Shown: piece by piece, positions 34,600 to 48,350 of the stretch
Position numbering within the stretch: position 1 is the first letter of the stretch
Layout: every line of letters starts with the position of its first letter
NCBI GenBank assembly: GCA_036172245.1
Contig: JAYWIR010000061.1
Coordinates: 62,001-126,000 of the forward strand
Source of the DNA: Raillietiella orientalis
Taxonomy: Eukaryota
DNA: 64,000 nucleotides
Reading direction: 5' to 3'
Notes under the pieces: model-generated
Databases searched by the model: none
Told to the model about the DNA's origin: nothing
Seen by the model: the letters and a program-made list of their open reading frames with translations, nothing else
Translations under genes and position numbers: made by a program

Positions 34600-37500
34600 G
34601 CGCACCCACCTGGCACACCTGCCCTGCTTCTGATCTGCGGCGCTTCCTGTTAAGAAGCGGTCGAGCGCTCCCTCAGTGCTCCTCTCTGAGAGTGGCTCCA
34701 TACTCTGGTCCTCACTGCTCCACGGAAGCCACAAAACCTAAGAGTTCACAGTTCCTGGCCGGTCATTCCCTTCACGACGTTTTCCTTTTCCTCTGCAAAG
34801 ATCAAGAAATGCTGCATCCCGGAGATTACGCGTTTCTCCCCTCATTTCGTTCGGAACATCCGCATTCAAGATTTTCTCCCTCATTGAAATCCTGAAGAAG
34901 GAAAGCGTTAAAAGCGAAGTACGTGGATCTCGCATCTCTGAACCTTCCTAAATCTTTTGTGTTCCCTACCTCATCCCATGAAGATATCTTTCTCTTCCAT
35001 AAACCGCGGCATTCCTTGGGTCGGAAAGAGGAATCTCAACGGTATTAGGGAATGCAGAAAAGCGAAGAGCAAACATCCCTCCGCATCGAGGAGACCGGAC
35101 GTGGACTTTGAAAGTTGTAGACGCGAAGGCTAAAGGGAAGAGTGTTCCTCCCTCGCCTCGATGTCCAAAGGGAGCGTCGGCTCATCGATCCCTCAGCATC
35201 CATCGCTTCACGAAAGCCCTGACTTTCATGAAACCCTTCACGGAACTTACGCACGACGTGCGCGCCTCCGCAGGCTGGTCTCGCAGACTCCGATATCTTC
35301 TGGCCTGAAGCAACCTGTCTCATTCTCGGAACCGAGAATTTGCATCCGTTCTCCCCCTTTCCTTTAGAAATTGTTCCTCCTTGCGGCATGGTTGACGGGG
35401 ATAGAGACGGGGCGAGGGAAGGAGTCCAATCTGGAAGGTGCTCCCCGGAGGTAATTAGCAACAACCGAGTCAGGAAGAGCATCAGTGCTCTGGGAATCCG
35501 GGATGCGTTGCCTCAAAGGAGGGAGGCAACTCTCGTCGCCGACTTCCGCATAATTTGGGACGCACCTTCAGTATCCACTGCACTTGTCTGCACTATCTGC
35601 CGCGCAACGTCAGAAGCTTCGAAGTTTTCTTGGGATACAGAGTGACCCGCAGACCGCGTACCTTTTTGTCTGGATATCTGGGAGCATGAATGTAGAAAAC
35701 GGGAAACTCCTCCCTCTGAGAATTCCACGGAGGATCTCTTTCAACGGCCTCTTCTGGGTCGCATCTCGTCCTCGAAGCCTCAAAGAATTCCAACCCAGAG
35801 TTGTTTTCACGCTGGAAGACATTGAGGCAGCTGGACGGCTTCTGTTCGGACATACATGAAAGACAGAGTTTGTTCAGCATGCACCAGTTACTTAGAAGCC
35901 CTCGGGAAGATTAAAGTTGAGAAGGAAAGAAAGGAAGAAAAAAATGGGAGTTCTTCTCGCAGGATGTTTCCCAAAGCAGAAGGAAAAACACGTGGTCCAT
36001 GTTTAGATCAAAAATCTGATGAGAGCTCTGACTGATGGAGAAGGATGTGGACGAGTACAAAATTGTCACATGGAAGGGGAGGACGCACAGTTTCCAAGAA
36101 AGTTACTGGGTATGGCTGGGTGCTTCTCCAGTGTAGAAAAACTCGAAGACTTGCCTGCCTGCAAGAATCGGGAGAAGGAATGAAGAAATGTCGGAAACTA
36201 CAATAAGGGCAGATTAGGAAAGCACTCGAGAGGACCACTCGTGACCTTTGAAGCGTGGAAGACGGAGATTCCACAGCTGCAGCTCTCAAGGTTGAGGAGT
36301 TCTTGTGGTTTGTGAGACATACATTTGATATGTTCAGTTGGACACTGCTAATCCGAACAAACCAGAGTGAAGGGGGGGGGGGGGAACCAAAGATAGAAGA
36401 AGAAAAGAAAAGACTAGGGTGCTGGAATTCCGGACTCAGAATCACTGAATACGCCAGGTAGTCGCTTGCAGTCCTGTGCACCAAAGTGCATGGAGATGGA
36501 ACTTGGGCTTCTTGGAGATGGGGCTGGTTGGCATGGCAAGAGGATCTCTAGGAAGGGAAACACCAGAAGACCGACAAGCCTTTGCTTTTGCCAACTTGTC
36601 AAAGAAGATTTGGTTTGGTTCTTCCAAGAAGAACGCTTGCTCTTCTCCGTAGTGCCGGATGTAAAAACCATCAAAGGGGATCCCATGACACGTCGGAATC
36701 CCCTTTTAATCTACCCTCGAGGCGTTGCGGCATCTGGCATGCTGTGGGACGAACCTACCTTGAACTCCTTCACTTGAGGGACGCGAATTTCTCTTGAAAG
36801 TCGATTTGCTATTCCTGTGAGGATTTCCAGCCAGTATCTCCTTACTCCAAGGTCTGGAAAGCAATGATACTTCCATTATTCCACCGCAGCTTTCACCGCC
36901 GAGATTCGCTGGAGCACAGCAAGAATACCATGAAAGCGAACCCTGACTCGGGAATTTCCGGAGATTCTGTCTCCCGGGCATCCGAGCTTGGGATCAGTTC
37001 CTCCTCATAAGTGCCTCAGGGTTTTGCTTGCTTCCATTGGATGCTGGTATAATCAGCTATGCCCGAGTTTCTCGCTGCTGGTGGCACTGTGAAAAGAAAA
37101 TCTCAGGTTTCAAAAATGGATATCACGCTGATACCCAGGAACTGCACAGAATGGAAACTTGCAAGCATGGCTGTTATCCATCTTCCTTCCTCACCCTATT
37201 CGAACAAAGATTCGGCGCCATTATGCAATAGCACTCGCTCTATCGTGAAAGGTGCTCTGCGACCCGCTTCCCCTTCCCGTGAGGCGAAATTCCTGAGCCC
37301 TGCGCGGTGGGCCTGGCTGGCGCGTGCATCGCCTCCGTGCTCATCACAAAACTTCTATTGTGATGGGCTGAACGACGATCCGACTGCATTGAAATGGCGT
37401 CAGGGAGCGGAGTTGTCGAAAGTGCTCCTTCTAGTCGGGTTGCCCAGAAAGTTTTCCTTCCGGTGAAACTCGCGATGGAGTCTGTCGTTCCGGCTCTGCG

Positions 37501-37810
37501 TCGGGGTGTGACTTCCCGTTCCTCAGGTTCCTTCGGGGAGCAGGGAGGAGAAACGGGAATTGGAAGGGTACCCTGTCATGGAAACTGCGGAGCTGCAAAC
37601 GCACCTGGTGCAACAGTCTCATTCTCAAGTTTCCCCCTCCACCCCTGCACCTTTTCTCCTTAAGGGATTACAAGTGCTGTTCTTGAGATTCGAAGTGTTC
37701 TTCGATACAGCAGAGTGTTTTCGTAGGTTACGCGCTCATAATTCTGCACACGTTCTGAGAGAGATGAAACAAAGGCGAGCACGTCTTCAACTACTTGACG
37801 AACTTTGAAG
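34600..37810 (+). pseudogene. Decayed P-loop/SF1-helicase-like (Schlafen-like) gene
   Basis: RLLFGHT*KTEFVQ (changing TGA to GGA at 35857 would give GKT), LIPRNCTE and RQGAELSKVLLLVG occur in helicase motif order. Multiple stops. Confidence 0.35.
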
Positions 37811-40792
37811 GCATCCGCTTGCGGGTGCCATCAGCAATGCTGACATTTGCTGATGAAGTCTGACTGTTCCGTGAATGAAGTTTTCATGGAAGAGAATTTC
37901 ATAGAGGGGAAAAAATGGGATCGGAAAGAAACGACTACATCCTTCATCTTGAAATGGTCAGCGTTTACTCGAAGATCGGGAATTCCTCTCCCACATCGAG
38001 TGCTCCTCTGTTGACCCAATCACGGAGCAGACGGCAGCGAAGAGAATTTGCTTCTTGAACGCTTCCACCACCGAAATGCTGCCGTGTCAAAGCGAGGTCC
38101 TGGCCTTCGGGCTGCAGATGCGTCAGAATGCCCGCATGAGGCCATCACCTCTTCCGCGAGAGAGGCGGTCGTTCAGGACGTTGCGTTCGCTTCCCTCAGC
38201 AGTGAGCACCTCCCTGCCCTTGCGATCGGCCCGCTGTAACCTTGGATCCCCGGCCGGTAAACGCGCGAAGAGGCTGGAAAGCTTGAGCGCCTTCCCCTGA
38301 ATGGAAACACACGGCAAGCTCAGAGGGAAACACTTTGGCATTGTTCTCCTTCCCATTCCGCCATTTGCCAGGATGCGTTTGTCCCGCGATCAGTTATGAG
38401 CTTCCTCCCGAGTCAGTTCGGAACGCTTAAAGGCGGCGGGACTGCCTGTTTACGTTGCTCACAATGGAAGGAGGGCAGGGAGGGGAGGGAAGAGAGGGGG
38501 GGGGGAAGCGAGAGAGAGAAGATCGCTCCAGGGTGGAGCGATCAAAAAAGAAAAGGTTTTTACGTTTAGGAACGACAGGACTGGCGGATGGATGCTCCTC
38601 CTTTTGTGCGCAGCCTGGCGACTGGGTGGTGCTTTTCAACCGACATCTTTCAGGCTTGTCTGTCCGGGAGAAATACTGAGGAAAGAATTGGCGGGGCCTC
38701 GAGCCTCGAGCTGAGAAATACATCCGACGGTCCCGATATCTCTCATCACGGAGAAGAAAAAAAAAAGCAAAAAAAGGGACTCGCGCGCGCGCATGCGCAA
38801 ACTCCTTTTTCGCAGATCTTCAAATCTGAAGATTTATTTGGGGTGTTTCTTCCCGGGCGCTTCATACGCTCCGCGAAATGGTTTCTTCCGTGGAAGGGAT
38901 AAAGGAAGCGAAAGCCTTGGGAAACAACTGGCGCTGAGCGTTGATCAAGCCGCGGAAGATCCCTCGGCCTCTTCTGGCTGCCTCCAGGATCCGCACGCGA
39001 CCGTTGGGGAATGAGCTGCGGCCTCGTTCCTGGAAGGCGTCCTCTAATCGGATCTAAGTAGGGGTTACTCCTGCCCAATGGCCTTTCCACACATGCTGAG
39101 TTGGCAGGGCGCGGATCGTGAATCTGGTCCAATGAAGTGAGGATGCTGTTTCTTGAGGAATTTCATGACTTCTTGCACTGTAAAGGGGAAAGGAAAAAAA
39201 AATGAAACGGTAGCTCGGGATCGGTTTGAGGAATCACGCGAGCTTTGAGGCAGTCTGGAGTGGGCGAGAGCACAGCAGCGGTTTGTTTTCCGACGCCTTC
39301 AAGAACTGCTCTTCGAGGATGGAAGGAATGTCATCTCCTCCTTTTCGACCGAATCTCTTCTTCTGTTTGCTTGCATAGAAAATCTCCTTTCTTCTCTCGA
39401 GAAACGACGCGAATTCGTGCCCTAGGGAACCACTTGGTTTCCGTTTCACCTTCACACCCTCACCTGAGAATATTCTCGAAAGGATGAATCTCGATGTTTG
39501 GTGCGATCCGAAATATGTTTAGACGGAAACTGGCTCGAGATTCAACAGGGGAAAACCGTCGAGCTCTGCAAATATAGCAGCGTTTCATACGATGAGCGGC
39601 TCATTAAAATGTTTACGCGGTTCTGCCCTCTGAAGTCTCCGAAAACGCATGACGCTCCGCCAGAACGTGTCCTTTCCATGGATACAGCTGCAGAACGAGC
39701 ACGAAAAGCTTCCTTGGCCGTGGTCGCAGGACCCCCGTCCTTCACGAGCGCAACCGCCCGGTGAGGAAAAGTTAGCTTGCAGGCGGCGCCAAGAAGCGAA
39801 GGCAGCCGGAAGACGAATCGGGAAAGGTTCGTGGACGGAAGTCCAAAGGCGAATTTACCGCGAGGCGGATTTGCCTCGCAACCAGAGGATGCTGGTCCTG
39901 TTCCACCAACCTTCCTCCGTGCTGCCGCATTGCGGCTTGAGGAAAAAAGTTCGGAGGGCCACTGGGCAGGGGCGAAAGCGTGAATGCCGCGCTCACAGAA
40001 CAGCTGAGCGCTGGGAGAAAAAAGCAAGCAAACCTGAGTCCCTCCGACGCTGTTGTCAAGAGAGGAGGTAGCTCGAGCTCATGTGAGCTCCTCCACGTGA
40101 CTTGAAGGGAATTTGGCTAAGGAAAATGCCACTCGTAACTCTGCCTCGGTCTTCGCAAACACGAACGCTCCTTCAATGCCAACACAACCAGCGAAAGACC
40201 TTGGCTGGCGCTCCTTGGATTGCCACGAGGTGAAGAAGGGATGAAAAATCGAGGGTTTCAAGGAGATGAAGGGACTGCGTGTGCTTGCATCCCTCGTGCC
40301 TGCCCAGATAGGAAGAGATTCAGATGTCCAATCAGGAAACGCCTCGTTTACGCGTACTTCGAGGCTTTTGAAACAGGAGGGTGCACTGCAGAAGCCACGG
40401 GGGTGAGAAGGGATAAGAGGATGAGGGGAGTGGATGGTGACCGGATTTTCGCAAAGTTCACGTCTTCTTGTCGCGAACGGAACGAGCGCGCGCACAGGGC
40501 GATCCCGCTTTCCCGATCCTGGTGTGCGAACACTTTTTCCTCGCGTGTACGGGTTCGGACTGCTGCTTGCGCTGCCGCCGACTCTCAAACACGGAGCACG
40601 GAAACACGCGAACGGGAGTCAAGAAACCCGATTTCGGGGCTGTGCAGGTCTGCTGCAGCCGCGCCGGTCTTTCGTGCCGACCTTCGCGAGATTCGTGTTG
40701 GAATCTCAATATGGCCCTCTGATTAAGTCAGGCAGCTTTGCTCTAGAAAAACTTCATGAATCTGAAAGGTGAGCAACTTCGGTCTGTTTCAG

Positions 40793-40879
40793 AAACGGAT
40801 TGCTGAGCAGTACAGATCAAAGTCCGCATCCCTGAGCACGCAGTCGTTTTCGGAGTTGTCGAACCTGTCAAAGTTCAAC
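40793..40879 (+). CDS. SoxD: Candidate internal SoxD exon (87 nt)
   Basis: Acceptor ctgtttcag and donor AAC|gtgtgc. Phase 0/0. KRIAEQYRSKSASLSTQSFSELSNLSKFN continues the helical segment. Being symmetric, it could be skipped or spurious. Confidence 0.4.
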
Positions 40880-40983
40880 GTGTGCGCTCAAGGAAGGCAA
40901 CGGAGGTTGTCTGACAGGGAGTCCAGCGCCGAAGTAAGAAGGGAGGAGGGACTTTGTTTCGAGTTTCCTCCCTTGACCGATAG

Positions 40984-41452
40984 GTGGATTCGACTACGGA
41001 GCAGCCGACTAGGATGCCCAGATCTGTTTCATCTTCTGACGACAGCAATCTCCTGGAAAAACCCCTGAATTTGACTTTACCTAAGAATGCTAATGTTCCA
41101 CAATTTGGAACATCTAGACTCTTCAGTGATTATTCAGCAGTCCCTGCGAGTGACTCTCTACCTGCAACCACTTCTTTTCTGAGCAGAGATCCATACGTCA
41201 GATCAAATTTTCTGTCTTATCCGGGATTTCCGCAGTCTTTCATTTATCAGTCTATCGGTAAGACTTCCGCTCGTTCGAACTGCAGGTGTTCCCTTGTAGG
41301 CAATACTCCATTAATCATGAACGGGCACAGAAAACAGCAGCCCTGTTCCTCGGAAGATAGAAGCTCTTACTTCTTAAATGGTTCCTTGTCGCAGATCGAC
41401 AAAAGCTCGGAGCCTAAGAAAGCCAAAGATGAATACGTCACAGTATGCCAGA
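40984..41452 (+). CDS. SoxD: Candidate internal SoxD exon with PLNLT (CtBP-type) motif
   Basis: TAG acceptor at 40981-40983 and perfect gtaagt donor at 41453. 469 nt open, in a region where other frames are full of stops. EKPLNLTLPK resembles the PLNLS motif of SoxD proteins. Ends in phase 1, matching HMG exon A. Confidence 0.65.
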
Positions 41453-42309
41453 GTAAGTGCTGAAGAATTCCTTCTAATTTTTGAATATCAAGTGAAGGCT
41501 CATGAATGCAAGGGGGATCAGTGTTCACATATATGTGTAAAAATTAATATGAAAGTACCACACATGCTCGGGTACGCAATGAAACATGGAAACAACTCAC
41601 TCGTAAGGGCGATTTTTTGCGCGCGTATCCTCCATCGAAGGTTGAGTTCTGTACACCTCCATTCAGTTTCCGAGAAACACTTTCGCGCATGGATGCCTTC
41701 CTGCGTTATCACCGGAGTGATTCAGTATCCGGCTGCTGAGCCTCCTTGCGTCTCTTGCAAACGTATTCCGCATTCGAAATTCCCTTCACCATCCTAAGGT
41801 CTGCTGGATCTGCGTTCTTTGGTATCGATGTCTCTCTCCCTTAGCGAAGTTTGTACAGATGCAGGATTTAGATCTCTACCGATCAACATAACACAGAATG
41901 TGTTGAAGGTTCAGGATGAGGAGCCAAGAGCTGAAGACATAGTCGAAATAGGCCCGCGGATTTTGGATAGTTTTTTCCTAATCAGACGTACGGGAAACAA
42001 GAGAAAGGCAAATAGTTCCACCGCAGATTTACCTCGTGCATTTGCATCGTCATTAGTCATTGTCTATCAGGAGTGATTAGTCGTTCGTCACTTCTTTCGA
42101 GTGTTGAAATTTTTGAATTCTGGAAGTTCTGCATCCTTTCCCCAGAGATGCATTGTAGTGACTTCGCGCACCCTAATTTACAGCATCTGAATGGTGTATC
42201 CTTTTATTGTACCGAGGGCAAAACTCAAGCAATTGAGCGTACAGGAAATGAAGGTTATGATTTGCGCTTCTGATGACATTTCTAAATTTGGCGCCGCCAC
42301 CAGCTGTTC

Positions 42310-43200
42310 TGCCTCCCTTATTTTTCCATCAGGAAGGGAATGAAAAATCCGTTTTCCTTGGAATTTCCTTCCTTCGGTGAGAATTCCAAGAATCCATCAC
42401 CCTCCGCACTTCCGAGATCGGATGGTGGCAGCGGGGAAATAGAACACTTCTTTTCGCTATCATTCCCATATGAAACCAAAAACCAAGAAGTCCCAGGGTT
42501 GAATTCTTTTTTTTTTTTTTTCTGATTTGAAAATTCTCATCAGGTGCTCTTTGCATTCGATCTGATGCCACCACCCTCCACAAAATGCGCCCCTCGAAAC
42601 ACCGAAGCGGACCTTTGAGTGATTGCGATAATGAAGGAACAGAAAGACACAGCTAACCGTAGAGTGTAGTAGAGAGAAGCAGGGAACTTGGGAAGTTCTC
42701 TGTGATGCCGATGACTTTTCGCAAATCAAGGACCTTGGGTGGCTGTAAAATTTTGTTTCCTCAAACTCCAAAGCACCTTTGAATCCATCATGGTTCGTTT
42801 ATCCTTGAACACATGTATCCATCTCGTATAATCCTGATCTGTTTGACACTGTATCCTTTATGGACGTAGGAGTAGAATCGCCTTTGGTTTGGATTCCGTG
42901 GCTGAAGGCATCTTCTGTCTTGCCGCCCCGCGAACACTCTTGTATCCATGGTTTCGTACCTCTTTTTCCTCTACCTAAAAGTCTCAGCGCATTTTCCTCT
43001 GGAAAAATAGCCCACCTACAGGCATCTTCGACAACTGATTTCTTTCCTCCTTTCGAAATTTATCAGCCGTGAGCTACCAGAAAATTGCTGTCCCGGAAAC
43101 ACAGAATTCGGGAATACAATGATCATTGTACGATTCTACCTGTACTTGAACGCATCTGACATTTCCGGATGCGTTCTCTCCTTTATTTTCTGTACTTGTG
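42310..43200 (-). mobile_element. Decayed DDE integrase-core transposase, IS3EU-like
   Basis: Read across frameshifts: MDTRVFAGR..RRFYSY, TRWIHV..DSKVLWSLRKQNFTAT/KVLDL, RILWRVV and LFPRCHHPISEVRRVMDSWNSHRRKE. This follows the R.Y..., SR.ILWL..NN.A..VL, ERLWR and WN.H pattern of animal IS3-like integrases. Confidence 0.45.
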
Positions 43201-44199
43201 GAAACACTTCATCCACACCTCGAGAACTCTGTCTGTTTCTCATGAAGCCATCCTTACTGTCCTTCACAACTGGTGAGGTAGCAACTGCATTTCAGCCGAC
43301 ATCAGATGCAGGTTCTCACCTCCTTCCATTATCTCTTCCACATTTCTGAATGAATGGAATCGTCTGAATACGCTCCCTTCGTACATCTTTTTTTTTTTTT
43401 TTTTTCCCGTGCTCCCCATTGAGAGCGTTTGTCTGCACGAACGCAGAGGTCGGACCGGCCCTCACCGTGTCTCACACGCGCACAGGGACAGCTGCCTCAC
43501 CTCTGATTTGCGCTCCCCTTGAAAGATCCGTTTAGGCGCATTCCCATAAATGAGCACCAAAATCCAATATTTGGGTGCGGTTCCATCCTCTGTTCAGTTG
43601 GCTCGCGATGCGCTATCAAGAGTTCAGTTCTGAGGTTCCAGAAGAGGAACCTCAACGCACGGGAAGATTGTTCAAAAGCTGAAGAGCTACTTAAGAAGTG
43701 AAACTTGAGGACCTCACATAAGACAGGTGCAGATCAAGGAGAGCACGAGCTGAATTCAGGAACCAAAGTGGGAGGGGGGGGCATAGGAGAGGCTGGACTC
43801 GCGTTCATCCCGAGTTTCAGACCTCGACGCGCCGCTCTGTTCACCTGACAACTGAACCAACGGACTGCATCTTGGGAATCTTCCTCCCCCCTCTTTGTCA
43901 CGGAAAAGAAACGCATCGTGAGGGGCATTTCCTTCTAAAGCTAATTTCTCTGCTCGCCCTCACGTGCTTGAGACTCGTGACCGGTTAAAAAAAGTTCGGT
44001 TTTGATGGGACCAGCAGCCGCGAATCAGCTTCTGCGCACCAGCAAGGTCTCGTGGAGAGGAGCAGCCGCGTCTCCCGGTATGAAAAAGGAATCCTATTTT
44101 CATCCAAAACGCGTTGGACAGACCCTTCGAGATACTTACCGAGGTCTAGAGAGCTCTAAGATCAAATTTGTTCTAAATTTAAAGTTTGTTTACATTGAA

Positions 44200-46200
44200 A
44201 AGAATTGAAATCATGGAAAGAAATGCGAGCGAGGGATTTTTTCCACGGCATCCCTCAGCTCCCTCAACCTGCGAGGATTGGCTGCGAACGGCTGGTTCCA
44301 GGAGAGGGCCTTCAGAAGTGGGAATTTCTTGTTGAAGCGAAGGAGGCTCTGTCCGACAGGTTCACCTCCGCTATGCGAGCCTTCCGACTGGCAGCTGCCA
44401 GGTCTTCCGCTGTAGGGTCGAACGGTTTGTTTGGGTTTCCGCATTGAGTATGTCTAAAGGTTGATGCTTTACTTTTTTTCCTGGAGACTCGACCATGTGT
44501 GTTCGCTCTTGGTCGTTGACCAGTGGGTTCGGCAATTGTCCAGGATTGCGTTGAATGTTCGACATGCTCCCTACCACATCTAATATGACCACGATATCTT
44601 TTGGCCCCATCGATTGGGACATCCTTCTTATGAAGGAAACTACCAGGACATTGACGTCAAAGAACCGGTACTAGCCGATGCAGATGTGGTTGCCGGGTTT
44701 CCTTGCAAGGAATTTTGTAAGCTCGTGCAAACAGAAGATGCACAGGACGAAACGGAAGTGGCAACGATGCTGAAGATCGCAAAGAACCTGCTCCCTTCGT
44801 TTCATGAAATCCCTCTGTTCATTCCATAAGAAGAGCTGGTTCGCGCACGTTCTTGGGACGTCCATCTCATGCTTGGCACACCGTCTTTGTCGGTGTTCTG
44901 ACTTGATTCTTCTTCAGAAAAGAGAGTGATCTCGGAGTTGTTCTTGCGATGTGCTATCAGGGGCTTCGTACTTCAGGCGGACCCAACGTCGGACAGCATC
45001 AAGGCTCTTTCCTCGAGCTGCAGAGTCAGCATTCCACCATCACGAAAAGAAACCATTCTACAGCTCATTCCTTAGAAACTTTTGTGCCAGACGAATCCTT
45101 TGGTTATGCATGATGAAACGACTTCTCGAAGATTCCTTTTTTTTCGGACAGTTTCAGACATAAGACGTCTTGAGTAAGAGACGTCTTCTGAAGAGGAGCT
45201 GAATGGAACACCGGAATAGCCATGAAGCAGAAGAACTGTGCCCATTTTACTCTGAGAAGAAGAGTCTGGTATCTATAGTATTACACAGGAAACCATGTAA
45301 CGACACTGAAGTGAGACGTTGGCCAAACACGAGATGCTGACACATCCTCCCATGCGGCTAAGCTTTATCAGATTACAGGGAAGCCCCATGGCGTTCATCT
45401 GCGAGAATGGCTCTTGAAAAGAGTAATCAGGAAGGGATGCGGGACTAAGAGTCAGTGACTGGAGGTCTCGTCAGTTTTCAGCATTCTTGCACAACGCTGA
45501 TACAGCTATCCCTCTTTGGAGCTGCTGGCTCAATGAGCCAACCGGTGCATCCTGAAATAAAACGATGAACTCTCATCAGCAGACAGAAACGGCTGGCAGT
45601 GTGCTCAAACTGAAAGTCCCTTGGTGGGACTTCAGTTTGAAACCGACTTTCAAAGAACTACATGGATTAGGGAACTCTGTTCGATGTGACCTCGGGGCAG
45701 CATCATAGTAAGGAACAATGGGGATGGCCTAATCAATAGGGCTTCTTTTCGTGCAAGATATTCCTCGTCGCTAGCTTTGAGAAGGATCTCATTCTCCAAG
45801 TAGCGCTCCCTAGTGCTGTTTTCCGTGTATCGGGAAAGTAGGATGTCGCTGCTCTTGTTGATCTCGTGTGTTCCTTCTTCAATCGGGAAGAGCGCACTTT
45901 TGGCAGTCGAGCTTCCTCGCACGCTTCTGGAATGGCTGTTTCCTGACAACTCGAGAGCGTGGACAACGGAATTCCCGAGATTTCCTCTTGGATTCCTCGG
46001 CACCCATACGAGGAGGAAGGGGCATCTAAAAGAAGAGAAGTCGAGTGGGTCCCTCCAGGTTCGCTAGCCGAGACCAAACTATGGCAGCTCCTCCCATCGG
46101 TAGACTCTTCCCCCTATTCCTGCGGAAGAAGAAGGGGGGAGAAAATTTCTCGAGCATCCCAATTCCCAAATTGCGTACCACACGGACTACGGGATCCTGT
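44200..46200 (+). pseudogene. Decayed NACHT-like NTPase gene
   Basis: LVPGEGLQK, LLFFLE, LLMKETTR, VVAGF..KLV..LLPSFHEIPLFI and FYSSFLRNFCARRIL match the NACHT order (Walker A, Walker B, TTR, GF, PL, F.H.sf.EF.aA). All are degenerate. Confidence 0.35.
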
Positions 46201-46399
46201 ACTTTTCCTGAGAACATTCTGAGGCTTGGAGACGTCCCACTGGCAGTTTTTTTTCCATAGCAGCGGAATCTTTGCGAATGAGGAAAATCTCGGAGCCGTT
46301 ATCAGGGATGATCCCTCGATCGATTTTCTTTATAACGGGAAGAGAAGGATCTGTTTCCGTTTTCTAGGCATTACCAACACACAGCTCGCCTTATGTGAA

Positions 46400-48350
46400 A
46401 AAAAAAATATCGCTCTTGTTCCACTTTCCTGCAACGCTCTCGGTTTCCGTGGGGCCCTGGAAGCGCGAAGCTTTTCAGACCCGCCTCTCTCTCGCGTTCC
46501 TCCTCAGACACGAGCGCCGATGTTCCACCACTAACACCCCCAAGGTGCCGAAGCAAAATGCTGGGTCCTCTCTCAAGAGCAATAGGTGCATTTCGAAAGG
46601 CCTTCTCCCCCTGCCTCCGCTCACGGATCCTCCCTTGCCTCTCGACCACGGATGCCGCCCCATAGTGGCGCCCCTACAAGTCTTCCGCCTGAAGAAAAAC
46701 TCAAGACCTCCATCAGTAGGCTTCTGGAGACGAAATTGGAGGGGGGGGGGGAGGATGGCAACACCTTCCACCTGGGCACTACCCGTCTGCTCTTTGCAGC
46801 TTCAGGATCTTCCAGAGCATCTGGTTCCGCCCTCTTCCTGATCCAGTGGGAACTCTGGAGGACAGCACCCGTCAAAATGCGCGCGCGTTTTCCCACACAC
46901 CAGAGCGTTTCCGTTGCCCATCTCTCGTGACCCCGGGGGCTGGAGACGTTCCTCCCTACCCGCGTTCCACTCCTGCAGCGGTGACGGCGATGGCGCCGTA
47001 CCGCTCGCTCCGTCGGCAAGTGTTTCCAAAAGAAACGATGGCTTTCCCTACGAGGCGCGCCTTCCGCCATTCCTCGGGCAGAATCCTCGGCTCATCCCCC
47101 TTGAGGTCATTCGAAACTCAGAAGGGGTCATCCCCTGAGTGGCAGCGCGTTCAGCTCACGGTGGTCTCTTCCCAGCAGGGCCCCAGCACCGGCCCTGATT
47201 CCACACTAAGAGATGACTTGCTCTGCCTTTCTTCCCTCTTCCTCGCTTCCTTTCCTTCCCCGTTCCGGAAAGCGGAGAGAGTTTCTCTAGCCCAGAGGGA
47301 CGCCTTAGGCTCCCGAATCTCTCCCAGCGTTGGAGAGGCTCCTGGGGCTGCTAAATCTCGGGGTCCGCCTTAGCCTGAGGAACCGCAGAAAGACGGGAGT
47401 CACGGGAGCCTTCTCCTGGCGCGATTGCCGCACCGAGTGCCGTCTCGACTCCCTCGCACTGCGCAGCCAGGGGTGGCGATCGGAAGAGGGTGGGAGAACG
47501 TCCACAGCGGGAGGCATGGACCACCTGCGCAGAGCTGCCGCCGCCGGCGCACCCGAACTGTCGTGCGTGGGCGCGCGCCGCTTTCACGAGTTTACTGGCA
47601 TCCGTACCCGGCATGGGTCCTGGATGAGCGCTCCCAGATCCGACTGGGCTTCTCGCGACCCTGCCCGTGGTCCCTCCCCTGCTCTTGGAGAGCTACCGGA
47701 AAGAAAGAATCCCTCGGCCTTTCAGAAGGCTTGCCCTTCCATTCTTACTCCGGAAGAAGGGCAGAGGGAGAAAAAAGACTCCATCTCTGTGGGAACAAGG
47801 CATGCAGCGGCGACCCTCCTTCGCCCCCCACTTTCCTTTCAATCCCTTGGGACACCTTCTTCCTCCCGTCTCTGGTCTCAACCTCCAGCAAGTGAGCCGC
47901 TGAGAAAGCCAGGCGACCCCCGGACCTCTTTGTCCCTGTCCCACTCCTACTCGGAGAAGAGGAAAAGTCCCCTCCCCTCCCGCTCCACGCGGAGGTATGC
48001 GGAGAGGCTCTCTGCGTCGGAAAGGGTTAAGGGCGCTCCCGCTCGCCCTCCTTCTTGCAAGACACGAGAGAGAAGAAGAGCAAACCCCGTGTGCTTTGCG
48101 GACCCTGTCGGAACCGCTCTCCTCTCCTGTAGCGCTTGAGGAGTTCCTTCCGGGATCCCCGCCAGCGGGAGTCCCTCCTTTCCGCGCGTCGTCTGGAAGG
48201 GCGGTTCCCGAGCTTAAGCAACTCCGCTAAACTCCCGCACGAGTCCTCCTCTCGGGAGGACGAAGGAGGAGCTTCGTTCCCGAAACAGGAAGAGGAAGTG
48301 AGTTCTTGCTCAAAGGCCTCTGCGGGAAGCGCGTCTTCGCCTTCCCTTTC
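46400..48350 (+). mobile_element. Decayed LINE RT with possible RNase H (I-group-like)
   Basis: CRPIVAP (about 46654), FPTHQSVS (PQGS-like), GSWGC and VTGAFSWRDCRTECRLDSLALR (a typical post-RT motif), then LPHESSSREDEGGASFPK, which resembles the RNase H VP.H.G..GNE.AD.LAK motif. Confidence 0.55.

Noticed and set aside
46979..47620. Candidate SoxD exons upstream of the HMG box
   Set aside because: Better explained as LINE RT remnants (SWGC, TGAF..E..L.LR), and the donors are weak.
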